Assembly: GCA_903846945.1 (NCBI GenBank)
Contig: CAINCE010000042.1
Coordinates: 1-55,053, forward strand
DNA from: an uncultured bacterium
GTDB taxonomy: Bacteria; Patescibacteriota; Minisyncoccia; Phycocordibacterales; PALSA-1337
Reading direction: 5' to 3'
DNA length: 55,053 nucleotides
In this document: piece after piece, positions 1 to 9,116 of the stretch
Numbering within the stretch: the stretch's first letter is position 1
Layout of the letters: the number at the start of each line of letters is the position of its first letter
The notes under the pieces: model-generated
What the model was told of the DNA's origin: nothing
What the model saw: the letters and a program-made list of their open reading frames with translations, nothing else
The model's database searches: none
Made by a program: the position numbers and the translations under genes

Positions 1-117
<117 letters not shown>

Positions 118-118
118 A

Positions 119-970
119 TTACTTCGCCTCTTCTATAATTATCTGTGCCTCCGTCAATATTCCCTCCGTCCGTTCAACTTTGATGCCGATATCATTCAAG
201 ACCCCTGGTTTTCCCACGAGATCAATACAGACAAGGATATCTCTAGCTACTAGGTCTTTCTTTTCCTGATGCGTGAGTGTAGTTAAACAGGTGATAGGAT
301 GCAGACCATTTTGCTCGATGATCTCGTGCAGATTGCCCTTGGTAGGATAATTCCATCCGAGAAGATTCAGATGGCTACATTCGCCATACTTTATCGCCTT
401 ATCAGTAAACTTGGTATTGGTCGTCAACCATCTTTCTGTGAGCTTACGCTTTTTACCACCAAAATCAAAAGTGTTCGGAGCGATGTCATCAAACCTCGCC
501 TTGACATATAGGGCAACTTTGAGGTCAGACTTCATACCAAATTCATTGTGGAACTTTGCTTCAACCATCGCCAAACTATCACCCTTCCATGCGACGACAT
601 CGATCTCATGATCTACACAAGTTCCCATGACAGCTTGATCGGTCATAGTTTCATACCCCCACATCCGGAAAATCCTAGCGACAAATCTCTCATAAGGAAA
701 ACCGTCAGGACCGAGTTCCATCATCGCCCGGCGGATAGAATACTTTGCCGCGAGTGGTGCAGAATGCTTGCGTATGAGTGAGAACGCCTTTGTATATATC
801 TCCTTGGTCGTCATACTATCTCGCATGGTTGCCTCGACTTCATCGACTATCTCATCTATTGACTCAGGTTTCACCCCGACACGGCGCAGTGAGTTAGCTA
901 GCTTCTCCTCTTCGAATAATTCCTTGGTACCATCTGACTTTGTGATTGTTATTACATGGTTCATGCACAC
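119..970 (-). CDS. ATP-cone domain fused to a Mrr-type PD-(D/E)xK restriction-endonuclease-like domain
   Basis: The N-terminus (ITKSDGTKELFEEEKL...TKEIY) resembles an ATP-cone. The C-terminus (FERFVARIFRMWGY...DHEIDVVAW...AMVEAKFH) gives a D-x(n)-E-x-K nuclease motif. Confidence 0.65.
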   Translation of the reverse strand: MCMNHVITITKSDGTKELFEEEKLANSLRRVGVKPESIDEIVDEVEATMRDSMTTKEIYTKAFSLIRKHSAPLAAKYSIRRAMMELGPDGFPYERFVARIFRMWGYETMTDQAVMGTCVDHEIDVVAWKGDSLAMVEAKFHNEFGMKSDLKVALYVKARFDDIAPNTFDFGGKKRKLTERWLTTNTKFTDKAIKYGECSHLNLLGWNYPTKGNLHEIIEQNGLHPITCLTTLTHQEKKDLVARDILVCIDLVGKPGVLNDIGIKVERTEGILTEAQIIIEEAK

Positions 971-1132
971 ATTGTAGCGTAACTATTGATAAAAGCTAGG
1001 TAAATATTGGGTATAAATCCCGCGTCAACTTGCATTATTCATTCATTTAGACTATTATAGTCGTATTGATAGGCCGGAACGCAAAGAATCAATGCAGGTT
1101 CCAGACAAAAATCCGCTTCGGCGGATTTTTTG

Positions 1133-2488
1133 TTACGCTATCACTCCCCCTCCCAAACACTCTTCACCGCGACTATCATAGACCACAAGTGACTGTCCCG
1201 ATGTCAGCGTATCTTGCGATTCTTCGAACTCCAACACTGTTTCAGTTATCCCCGTCCTTTTAATGCGTGCCTTTTGAAGTTCTTGACGATAACGACTACG
1301 GACTAGCAATGGGAATTTAATCGTTAATTTTACTTTACCCAACTCGTCACTATCTTTTACTGCATCTACAATTCCATTCGTCGACTTTATACTGGCCGGC
1401 ACAATTTCAAATATAGGTACCTCACCACGTATCCAATTCACATTCTGAATTCGAACTTCGCGAGTCGCACTCGGAAGCGATCTATCTTCATCCTTCCCTC
1501 TGTTCGATACAGTCAGAGTATTATGCTCCACATCTTTGTCTATCACAAAATACGGCGCGTCGTTAGGCGACTTCTTTTCGATAGTAAATCCATGTCTCTC
1601 ACCTATAGTGAAGAATAGTGCACCAGGATGCGAGCCAATGACTTCCCCACCCTCATTCAGGACATTCCCTTTTTCAGATTTAATATAATGTGAGAGAAAG
1701 TCTTTTACATCAACTTTTCCGATAAAGCAAAGTCCTTGACTATCTCTCTTGTCAGCATTCGGTAATTTGAATTTCTTCGCGAGCTTTCTCACCTCTGGTT
1801 TCTCTATCCCACCAACTGGAAATAGTATATGTGCGAGCTGAGACTGCTTCAATGTCCAGATGAAATATGATTGGTCTTTGTTGCGGTCGACTCCCGCAAA
1901 CATCGCGTATTCAGCATTTCCTGAGAATTTGTGTGCAGGGGACTTGCGGTCAACACCCGTGTACAATCCAAGTGAAGTATTTGGAAGATCTGCTGAGGGG
2001 ACTCTCGGAGCCACGAAGGTGGCGAGAGGGAATGCGCGCCTAGCAAGGCGCGACATGTGCCCCGAAGCGGAACTTTCAAATACTTCACTTACTATCCGCG
2101 CATAATGCCCCGTCGCAACATAGTCGGCCCCCTCCTTCATCGCCCAATCATAGAAAGCCCCGAACTTCACAGTCTTGTTGCACATCACATCAGGGTTAGG
2201 AGTTCGCCCTGCTCGATATTCAGCGATCATATAGTCTATAACACCTTGTTTGTATTCCCTTTCACAGTCCAATGTAACGAATGGGATTCCTAGATGTGCA
2301 GCAACCCTCATTGCATCCCTCCTCTCTTCTTGCCAATTGCATTCTATCCAATCTGGTTGCCAAACCTTGATAAATACACCCATAACATCGAAGCCTGCTT
2401 TTTGCAACAAGGCAGCAGAAACAGCACTATCTACCCCGCCAGATAGCCCGACGAACACTCGCTTCTTGGACGATTTGACTTTTACCAT
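1133..2488 (-). CDS. mnmA: tRNA 2-thiouridine(34) synthase MnmA carrying an internal insertion
   Basis: Motifs: PP-loop SGGVDSAV, ATGHYAR, NKDQSYF, DSQGLCFIG. Start taken at MVKVKSS (2488) because the upstream ATG at 2515 lies inside a heptamer repeat. Confidence 0.9.
   Translation of the reverse strand: MVKVKSSKKRVFVGLSGGVDSAVSAALLQKAGFDVMGVFIKVWQPDWIECNWQEERRDAMRVAAHLGIPFVTLDCEREYKQGVIDYMIAEYRAGRTPNPDVMCNKTVKFGAFYDWAMKEGADYVATGHYARIVSEVFESSASGHMSRLARRAFPLATFVAPRVPSADLPNTSLGLYTGVDRKSPAHKFSGNAEYAMFAGVDRNKDQSYFIWTLKQSQLAHILFPVGGIEKPEVRKLAKKFKLPNADKRDSQGLCFIGKVDVKDFLSHYIKSEKGNVLNEGGEVIGSHPGALFFTIGERHGFTIEKKSPNDAPYFVIDKDVEHNTLTVSNRGKDEDRSLPSATREVRIQNVNWIRGEVPIFEIVPASIKSTNGIVDAVKDSDELGKVKLTIKFPLLVRSRYRQELQKARIKRTGITETVLEFEESQDTLTSGQSLVVYDSRGEECLGGGVIA
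1971..2090. repeat. 120-bp GC-rich element with 17-bp terminal inverted repeats, in frame inside mnmA
   Basis: AGTGAAGTATTTGGAAG (1971-1987) is the reverse complement of CTTTCAAATACTTCACT (2074-2090) with 1 mismatch. The interior is visibly GC-richer and has a central hairpin, GCGCGCC-N6-GGCGCG. It is 40 codons with no stop in the mnmA frame. Confidence 0.7.
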
Positions 2489-2507
2489 TTCTGCAATATA
2501 GCATGAA

Positions 2508-2558
2508 CTAGCCACTAGCCACTACTTGCCGGCCGAAGCCTTGGCGAAGGCTTCGGCC
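2508..2558. repeat. Heptamer remnant (CTAGCCA x2.5) followed by a perfect 12-bp stem / 4-nt loop hairpin
   Basis: CTAGCCACTAGCCACTAC at 2508-2525. GGCCGAAGCCTT-GGCG-AAGGCTTCGGCC at 2531-2558. CCACTAC occurs on both sides of the hairpin. Confidence 0.8.
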
Positions 2559-2559
2559 A

Positions 2560-3567
2560 CTACTGAATGTACTTATCCTTGTTCGCTAGGTGCCCCTCAT
2601 GTGACGCGGCATAATGTATCACACCCTTTCTGTCAGCCAAGAAAAATAGGTAATCGGTCTTGGTCGGGTTCACTGTCGCTAAGATAGAGTCTAGACCCGG
2701 ATTGGATATAGGAGTTGGAGGTAAACCCTTATGAGTGTATAGATTGTATGGTGAATCCATCGCCAGATCATTCCTCGTCAACTGAGCAGAACCTTTTCCG
2801 AGAATATAGTAAAAAGGCGGATCTACTTGGAGTGGCATACCAGTCGCGATCCTTTTCCAGAGAACACCAGCGATCAATCTCCTATCTAGAGTACTAGTCG
2901 CCTCTCTCTCAACTATAGAAGCCATCTCCATCACTTCCGACATAGGCTTCCCAAAAGCTTGGATGTCGAGCAATGCGGTCTTGATTCTCTGGGTGAAATT
3001 ATTTCGGAGAGTTTCCAATACCTGTGTTGGAGTAACATTTTCATAAAAGAAATATGTGTCTGGAAATAGATAACCTTCATAAGACTTTGCCATATTGTAA
3101 AAGGTTTCGCTGTCAAAATTTGGAATATTTCCTCTGATCTGTTTACCCATCTCCTTTACAGTCATCCCTTCATACAGAGTCACAGATATCTTCGGTAGAT
3201 CCTGCTCACCATGAGTCATGCGATATGCCACCTTTAGCGCTGACTGTGGTTCTGAAAATAGATAATCCCCAGCTTGCACTTGTCTATGACCACTAGAGAT
3301 CACTGCGTAGATCTTGAAAAGTAGAGGTGACCTAATGATACCATTCTTGTAAAGAGTATCTGCGGCCTGTGAGAGATAAGTGCTCTTCTGAATGGATACT
3401 ATCTTTCGAGCTGGAAAATCATTCGGAGCGATAGAAAATGCCGTTACCACGACGATGACCGCGACGATAAGTACCACAAAGGTGAAGGTTGCATATCTGG
3501 CACGAGGACCCCACAAGGGGTCAACAATACTCTGTAGCCAATTTTTGTTATTGAAATATTTCGTCAT
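2560..3567 (-). CDS. mltG: Endolytic murein transglycosylase MltG (YceG-like)
   Basis: N-terminal TM helix, then the YceG-type motifs MASIVEREAT, GLPPTPISNPG and YLFFLA. Confidence 0.85.
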   Translation of the reverse strand: MTKYFNNKNWLQSIVDPLWGPRARYATFTFVVLIVAVIVVVTAFSIAPNDFPARKIVSIQKSTYLSQAADTLYKNGIIRSPLLFKIYAVISSGHRQVQAGDYLFSEPQSALKVAYRMTHGEQDLPKISVTLYEGMTVKEMGKQIRGNIPNFDSETFYNMAKSYEGYLFPDTYFFYENVTPTQVLETLRNNFTQRIKTALLDIQAFGKPMSEVMEMASIVEREATSTLDRRLIAGVLWKRIATGMPLQVDPPFYYILGKGSAQLTRNDLAMDSPYNLYTHKGLPPTPISNPGLDSILATVNPTKTDYLFFLADRKGVIHYAASHEGHLANKDKYIQ

Positions 3568-3579
3568 TGATACTCTATG

Positions 3580-4866
3580 CTATATTGGTAAATTCGACGG
3601 TGCCTGTGCCTTCTTTGATGGCAACCTCTCCAATGTTGGCGTCTGACTGACTGAACCTGGGAAGTGATAGATAGTAGCGAGTTCTTCTGTATTCAATACC
3701 AGTCTCTTGCTAGAAAATGGTGCATAAAAATACGACCGTCGTTTGTAGGCCATGAGAGCCATACGGCAATGACGATTTTTCCTAATATCCATAAAATCCT
3801 GCCATGGGTAATCAAACTGAAATGACCATTTCTTTCCATTTGGTTTGAAACCATTGAATCCTTCAGCACTAAATTGTTTTAGACTCCCTACAACACCACC
3901 AACACCCATCGGAGTATTGAAAACTTCTTTTTGACCGATGTATATCGCCCGAATACCACAATCAAAAGCAAATTTCGAAACACTTCGTTCTAATGAAGTG
4001 ACGGTTTCCTGTTCACCTTTTGATAAACGAGGGATATCTAGATATTCACCGATATCTCCTTTCTTCTTATTCTCAGCAGCTACGCCCTTTGTTTTCGGAT
4101 CACGAATCATGATCTCGTCTATCAGCTCCTTGGCACTCTCTTTCCACAAATCACCTTTTTTGAATATATGTCCTGGCAAACGCTGATCATCCTTGTGAGC
4201 GATGATAGGTATCTGCAACCAGACTTGCTGGTTAGGGCCGATACTCCCCAAGAACTCTAGAAATGGCAACAATGGATCTACTTTGAATTCTTCTTTTGGA
4301 TCCTTATCAAGTCCATAATCAACATAGGTCTTAATAGGATATGGATCATCTTTGGTAAATTTGAACTCACCCGCCCACATCTTCATGGTTTTAGGATCGA
4401 AATGAACCGATTTTGCATAATCTTCAACATCTCTAACTTCTACATTTGGAAATTGCGAATACATAGCTGACACTAGGTTAGTCTTTCGTCTCTCTTCCAT
4501 CCATATCATGAACTTTACTTGACCTTCGACAGATATGATCTCCAATGAATACCATGGTCTAGTCTCACCCTTCCAATATTGAGCATAAGGAGTACCATCT
4601 GAAGTATTATGTAATGCTGTCAAAAATACTTCCATAGCAGCTGGCGACTTAAATGTATCTTTAGGAAGTTTTATCTCTACGACACAGTATTTTATGGAAA
4701 GAAAGTTCTTTGCCTGAACATAATCTATCCACAAATCCTTGAAAATGATGAGCAGCAAAACTGCCAAGACGACTGGCGACACTGCGATCATGATCTGTAT
4801 AGACTGCGGAAAAACCTCGATGTTGAGAGTCTTGAGTAAAGTTGCCATAACCTGGTCAATGGACAT
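3580..4866 (-). CDS. Hypothetical membrane-anchored protein (one N-terminal TM helix, no recognisable catalytic motif)
   Basis: Long uninterrupted ORF, tightly spaced with mltG (12 nt). Hydrophobic segment IMIAVSPVVLAVLLLIIF. No Walker A or other motif seen. Confidence 0.6.
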   Translation of the reverse strand: MSIDQVMATLLKTLNIEVFPQSIQIMIAVSPVVLAVLLLIIFKDLWIDYVQAKNFLSIKYCVVEIKLPKDTFKSPAAMEVFLTALHNTSDGTPYAQYWKGETRPWYSLEIISVEGQVKFMIWMEERRKTNLVSAMYSQFPNVEVRDVEDYAKSVHFDPKTMKMWAGEFKFTKDDPYPIKTYVDYGLDKDPKEEFKVDPLLPFLEFLGSIGPNQQVWLQIPIIAHKDDQRLPGHIFKKGDLWKESAKELIDEIMIRDPKTKGVAAENKKKGDIGEYLDIPRLSKGEQETVTSLERSVSKFAFDCGIRAIYIGQKEVFNTPMGVGGVVGSLKQFSAEGFNGFKPNGKKWSFQFDYPWQDFMDIRKNRHCRMALMAYKRRSYFYAPFSSKRLVLNTEELATIYHFPGSVSQTPTLERLPSKKAQAPSNLPI

Positions 4867-4898
4867 AGGTTAAGTATAGCAAATCAGTTGGCTAAAAA

Positions 4899-5077
4899 CC
4901 AAGTACAACAAAAAAGGGTGAAGGGGACTTGCGAGCGCGACTGTAAGCCTCACACGAGGAATTTTTCAGCCTACTTCGCCAAGGCTTCGCAGGCCACTTA
5001 TAGGTGCCCTTCCGAAGCTTTAGCGTAGGAGGGCAGAAAAATATCCGTGCCCCTAAACCCTATTTTGTTGTACTTGG
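4899..5077. repeat. 179-bp MITE-like palindromic element with ~27-bp terminal inverted repeats
   Basis: CCAAGTACAACAAAAAAGGGTGAAGGGG (4899-4926) versus the reverse complement of CCCCTAAACCCTATTTTGTTGTACTTGG (5050-5077). The interior is GC-richer and contains CTTCGCCAAGGCTTCG. Confidence 0.7.
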
Positions 5078-5093
5078 TTCCAGCTAAAGTATT

Positions 5094-6137
5094 CTATTTC
5101 GCTCCCATGACCGCATATTTACCATCTCTATCTCTCTTGAAATATTTTGGATTCTGGAGATTGACAACTATAGTATTTTCCTTGACATATCTCTCCTTCA
5201 ACACCTTATCGACGATCTCTTCTTTGGTGAGTGGACCATTTTTCTCGATGACATGTGCGATGACATCACGAACGATCCCTGGTGCATATCCCCACTCTGC
5301 TAGAGCGTATAGTCCTCGTCCAACTAGGACAAACCGAGGGTCTTTGATGAGTTCATTGTGAGTCGTAGCGACATGAGCCTTCTTGTTGAACATCGTTGTG
5401 ATCTGTTTTGCAACATCACGGAAGTGTATAGGAGAACCATGCTTCCTGATAACTAGAAAGGCGTAGTCGCGCATACCCTTGGTCTTTACATTGGATGAAT
5501 TGGAAACTCCCCAATCGCCGAGCGCGTTCTTGCCGATAGCTTTCGAGAGTCCGAGCCAACGCTTTACAACCTCTTGATTCTTGTATTTCTCAGAAACATC
5601 TTCGAGGTGACTGAGGAATCTATTTACCATCTCGGATTCTGGGAGGAGATCTTGGTTACTCAGATTTCCATAAAGCTTCTTTAGTGCTTCCTCAACTTTC
5701 TTTGCGAGCTCTTCATTTACATGCCAGCGATGTCGGAAATCATCATCTTCTTTGAATTTTCGGAATGGTTCACCGACGACGAGTAGGAAGAAGATATGGT
5801 TCTGTAGACTCTTATCTTTGGAGACATGCCCGAGGAAATCATCCTCAACTACGATGCCACCTAGAGAATGGAGCAATGCCTCGATCTCGGCAAAGACAGC
5901 TTTTTCCTCTATATATTCCTCTGACTTTCTGATCTGATTTAGGGCGTAGTTCTCGATCTGGCGAACTCGTTCACGAGTTATACCATATATCTTTCCGATA
6001 GAGTCTAGGGTCATACGCTTTACATCCTTACCTAGTCCATATCTGTATATGATAACCTCACGAGCTCGATCAGGTAGAGATGAGAGAAGTCTCTTCACGG
6101 TCTGCTTTGGTTTGAATGAAATAGTTGCTGTGGCCAT
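5094..6137 (-). CDS. Sigma-70 region-4-like HTH fused to a HARE-HTH domain protein
   Basis: N-terminus YRYGLG...MTLDSIGKIYGITRERVRQIENYALNQIRK (region 4.2-like). C-terminus AFLVIRKHGSPIHFRDVAKQI...FVLVGRGLYALAEWGY (HARE-HTH-like). Confidence 0.7.
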   Translation of the reverse strand: MATATISFKPKQTVKRLLSSLPDRAREVIIYRYGLGKDVKRMTLDSIGKIYGITRERVRQIENYALNQIRKSEEYIEEKAVFAEIEALLHSLGGIVVEDDFLGHVSKDKSLQNHIFFLLVVGEPFRKFKEDDDFRHRWHVNEELAKKVEEALKKLYGNLSNQDLLPESEMVNRFLSHLEDVSEKYKNQEVVKRWLGLSKAIGKNALGDWGVSNSSNVKTKGMRDYAFLVIRKHGSPIHFRDVAKQITTMFNKKAHVATTHNELIKDPRFVLVGRGLYALAEWGYAPGIVRDVIAHVIEKNGPLTKEEIVDKVLKERYVKENTIVVNLQNPKYFKRDRDGKYAVMGAK

Positions 6138-6215
6138 GTTTGTTATAGATGATTAATGAATTTCTATATATAGACATTACCACTACTAGTGTTCTTTTGT
6201 CAACTACGGGGAAAA

Positions 6216-6267
6216 GTTTGAATGATCGCGTTTCAAAATAAGCTCCATCTTCATTAGTCATTCAAAC
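6216..6267 (-). terminator. Possible terminator hairpin downstream of the phosphoesterase gene
   Basis: GTTTGAATGA (6216-6225) pairs perfectly with TCATTCAAAC (6258-6267). On the minus strand it is followed by TTTTCC. The loop is large (32 nt). Confidence 0.3.
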
Positions 6268-6278
6268 AGGACCGACTC

Positions 6279-7592
6279 TTAGTAGCGCAAGAAGTCTTCG
6301 CTCATCTTTGTTATGATGTCATTTTCGAAATTGTAAAGTCTGACATAGGTCTGTGAAGTCGTAGCGGCATCTTGTGGCGTTATAACGACGAAGTTCATAG
6401 TCGTCAATTTTGGATTCTTGTCGATCCATGTCCCGGAATTTGCATAGATGGATTTTTGTCCTTGATAATTGAGAGACGGAATGATTTTTGCTTCATGAGT
6501 ATGTCCGAAAATCACGATCCTTTTGTCAGACTTAGGATTCATGAAATACTGTGCTTTTGCCTGATCATCAGTCTCCTCTGCGACCGAAGCCCTGGCAATA
6601 GCTTGAGCTACAGGAATATTTACAGGCACTTCGTTCAGAATCTGCCTCTCGTTCCAAGTATCCTGAATTCCTTTGTATAGTTTTACATTCAGCTGTCCAC
6701 CAGATTTTTGCTGGTAAGGCAACAGGTCATTGACTGAATATTTCTCTGTGAACCCGTCAACATTCGTTACGATGATCTTCTCATCGAGATTTTCATTTAT
6801 TGGCAGATGATTCATCGCCCATTCCCAGAGTTTCCAATAAGCGAACAACAAACCTTGACTGTTATCGCCAGAAACATTTGGTGTAACTATTTGCATAGGA
6901 TCACCCGGTTGCGTGGCATTTTCTAGCATATGCAGAGCAGCTATCCTTGTAAAGAAGTATCCTGGAGGCATTATCGTCCCAGGCGCAATATCTTGGTTGG
7001 AGATCGGATCCGGTGCACAGAAGAAATTGTAACGATGACCATGCTCGATAGCTATCTTTGGAAATTCAGCCGGTGAGTAAGTGCCCAAACCTTGCTCCTT
7101 ATCTCGCGCCTGATGTATTCCCGGGAGAATGAGGTCTATATTTTCCGCAGCTATCGTTAGATCATGGTTTCCGGGAACATAAGTGACTAGAATCTTTCCA
7201 GACTTGATAATGTCATTAAAATCACTGATTACACCCTTGTTGGTTGTCGCTATACGCTGCACAAAATCACGCTGGTCCTTTCCAGAATAAGTATTTACCG
7301 ATGCTGGTACATACCACTCATCCAGCAAATCTCCAGCGATAACGAGTTCCTTCACATTTGGCGAAACTTTTATCTGTTTAAGCAATTTCTCGAGAGATGG
7401 AGTATTTTTGTTAAATTCGGCATAAGCGAGATCGGCACCAAGGTGAAGATCACTGAGAACAACTACCATATTCCTCTCCTTTCCAGCATTAGTGAAAGGA
7501 TTTGTTAGACTACCCAGATGAGATCTATCGTATATTGCAAATGTAATAATGAACGCCGCAATAATGATGATGATTGTATAAAATATTTTCAT
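6279..7592 (-). CDS. Calcineurin-like metallophosphoesterase with N-terminal signal/anchor
   Basis: Motifs: VVLSDLHLG, AGDLLDEW, PGNHD, FGHTHE. Hydrophobic N-terminus. Confidence 0.8.
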   Translation of the reverse strand: MKIFYTIIIIIAAFIITFAIYDRSHLGSLTNPFTNAGKERNMVVVLSDLHLGADLAYAEFNKNTPSLEKLLKQIKVSPNVKELVIAGDLLDEWYVPASVNTYSGKDQRDFVQRIATTNKGVISDFNDIIKSGKILVTYVPGNHDLTIAAENIDLILPGIHQARDKEQGLGTYSPAEFPKIAIEHGHRYNFFCAPDPISNQDIAPGTIMPPGYFFTRIAALHMLENATQPGDPMQIVTPNVSGDNSQGLLFAYWKLWEWAMNHLPINENLDEKIIVTNVDGFTEKYSVNDLLPYQQKSGGQLNVKLYKGIQDTWNERQILNEVPVNIPVAQAIARASVAEETDDQAKAQYFMNPKSDKRIVIFGHTHEAKIIPSLNYQGQKSIYANSGTWIDKNPKLTTMNFVVITPQDAATTSQTYVRLYNFENDIITKMSEDFLRY

Positions 7593-7687
7593 GATATTAA
7601 GATATCACATTAATTATAAAGCTGATAAATATTAACCTGACAATATCATTATTTGCTTTTACTTACAATATCACTACGACGAAAATG

Positions 7688-8191
7688 TCACCTCGTAACC
7701 GATATCGAAGGAGTCAATTCCCCTGTCGAACTGGCAGTTATACGACCATTTCCGTCCTGGAAAATGTAGTAACCAGTATCATAATCAGTCACATCAGTAA
7801 AATGTGCAACACTTGCCGATGGGTCGTAAGGCAGGGATGAGATGTAATCTGGCACTAGGCAGTATGCGATGTCCCCGACTCCACTATGACTCGCGTCACT
7901 GCTCTTCACAATGACGGAACTCGACGCCATCAATCTCACCGAACCATCGCACACTAGTGTCCCTTTGTGTTCTGCCATATTCTGATGAATGGAATTGAGC
8001 AGTGCATTTACATTACTAGTCCTCTGCGAGTCTCTGGCCAATTTGAATTGGCGAGCGGGATTCACCGCTACTAGCACGACCGTAGCCAATATGGCGATGA
8101 TACCGATGACAACGAGTATCTCGATCAGGGTAAAACCCCTCTTTGTATTTTTCCCACGTTCGTTTTGACTCTGCGATATGTGTTTATGCAT
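7688..8191 (-). CDS. Type IV pilin / pseudopilin-like protein
   Basis: Prepilin-type N-terminal motif KRGFTLIEILVVIGIIAILA. Confidence 0.8.
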   Translation of the reverse strand: MHKHISQSQNERGKNTKRGFTLIEILVVIGIIAILATVVLVAVNPARQFKLARDSQRTSNVNALLNSIHQNMAEHKGTLVCDGSVRLMASSSVIVKSSDASHSGVGDIAYCLVPDYISSLPYDPSASVAHFTDVTDYDTGYYIFQDGNGRITASSTGELTPSISVTR

Positions 8192-8198
8192 ATATTTG

Positions 8199-8285
8199 TT
8201 AGTGATTAGTGGCTAGTTTTTAGTGATTAGTATCCGCCAACCAGAGGAGCGATTTCTAATCACTAGTCACTAACCACTAGCCACT
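8199..8285. repeat. Hairpin element with heptamer-array arms (TAGTGAT/TAGTGGC family) around a GC-rich loop
   Basis: The left arm TTAGTGATTAGTGGCTAGTTTTTAGTGATTAGTA pairs imperfectly with the right arm TAATCACTAGTCACTAACCACTAGCCACT. The 24-nt loop is TCCGCCAACCAGAGGAGCGATTTC. Confidence 0.7.
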
Positions 8286-8341
8286 TGTTACTATTTATCT
8301 ACTTCTAATACTCTCTACTCTACCAAATGACCGATAAAGAA

Positions 8342-8431
8342 CTGATAAAAAATGGTTCAAATTTTGATAAAAAAAGAATGAAGAAATGATAAAAAAAGGT
8401 TCAAATTTTGATAAAATATTTATGAAGGAGA
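8342..8431. repeat. AT-rich tandem ~45-bp motif (GATAAAA...GGTTCAAATTTTGATAAAA...ATGAAGGA), copy set A
   Basis: Two adjacent units. The core AATGATAAAAAAAGGTTCAAATTTTGATAAAATATTTATGAAGGA recurs at 10745-10791 with 2 mismatches. Confidence 0.75.
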
Positions 8432-8498
8432 GATTCACCAAAAAAGCCTTGTGTAGCGTATACTAAATGCACATTACTAATTCTAATATTCAACGAAC

Positions 8499-9116
8499 AT
8501 GAAACAATTTGCAACAAAGTCGTTCAAAATACCTGAGCTCAGAGGTATCTCGACTAAGAATATCGAAGAGCATTTGAAACTTTATGCGGGCTATGTAAAG
8601 AATGCGAACTTGATACTAGAAAATATTGCGGAACTAAAAAAGAATATCGATGTGACGACGAGTGCAGGCGCAGGCAATGTTTACGCACTCGGAGAGATAG
8701 GTCGGCGGTTTGGATTTGAATACAACGGCATGCGCAACCACGAAACATATTTTGCGGCTTTTGAAGGAGGTGCAAAGCCACCGATCGACCGCAGTCCTCT
8801 AATGACGATGATCACTGAAACATGGGGATCATTCGACATGTGGCTAGCCGAATTCAGGACCATAGCGATGACTCGTGGCATAGGTTGGGCGATGCTCTAC
8901 TATGACCGCAAAGACAGTCGTCTACTGAATGCGTGGGTAGACGAACAACACATGGGACAACTCCAAGATTGCACTCTCGTTCTGGCACTCGATATGTGGG
9001 AACACTCATATGTCGCTGACTACCAACCGTCTGGAAAAAAGGCATATGTCGAAGATTTCTTCGTTAATCTTGATTGGGATGTGATCGAAAATAACTATTC
9101 ACAAGCAGGTAAATGA
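8499..9116 (+). CDS. Fe/Mn-family superoxide dismutase-like protein
   Basis: C-terminal DMWEHSYVADYQ and FFVNLDWDVIENNY match the SOD Fe/Mn signature region. N-terminus has HLKLYAGYV. Confidence 0.7.
   Translation: MKQFATKSFKIPELRGISTKNIEEHLKLYAGYVKNANLILENIAELKKNIDVTTSAGAGNVYALGEIGRRFGFEYNGMRNHETYFAAFEGGAKPPIDRSPLMTMITETWGSFDMWLAEFRTIAMTRGIGWAMLYYDRKDSRLLNAWVDEQHMGQLQDCTLVLALDMWEHSYVADYQPSGKKAYVEDFFVNLDWDVIENNYSQAGK

Noticed and set aside
6070-6261. 63-aa ORF in the spacer between the sigma/HARE-HTH gene and the phosphoesterase gene, and the 80-aa ORF at 16264-16506.
   Set aside because: They overlap the starts or 5' regions of well-supported neighbouring genes, or a hairpin region. They have no recognisable motif and odd composition.
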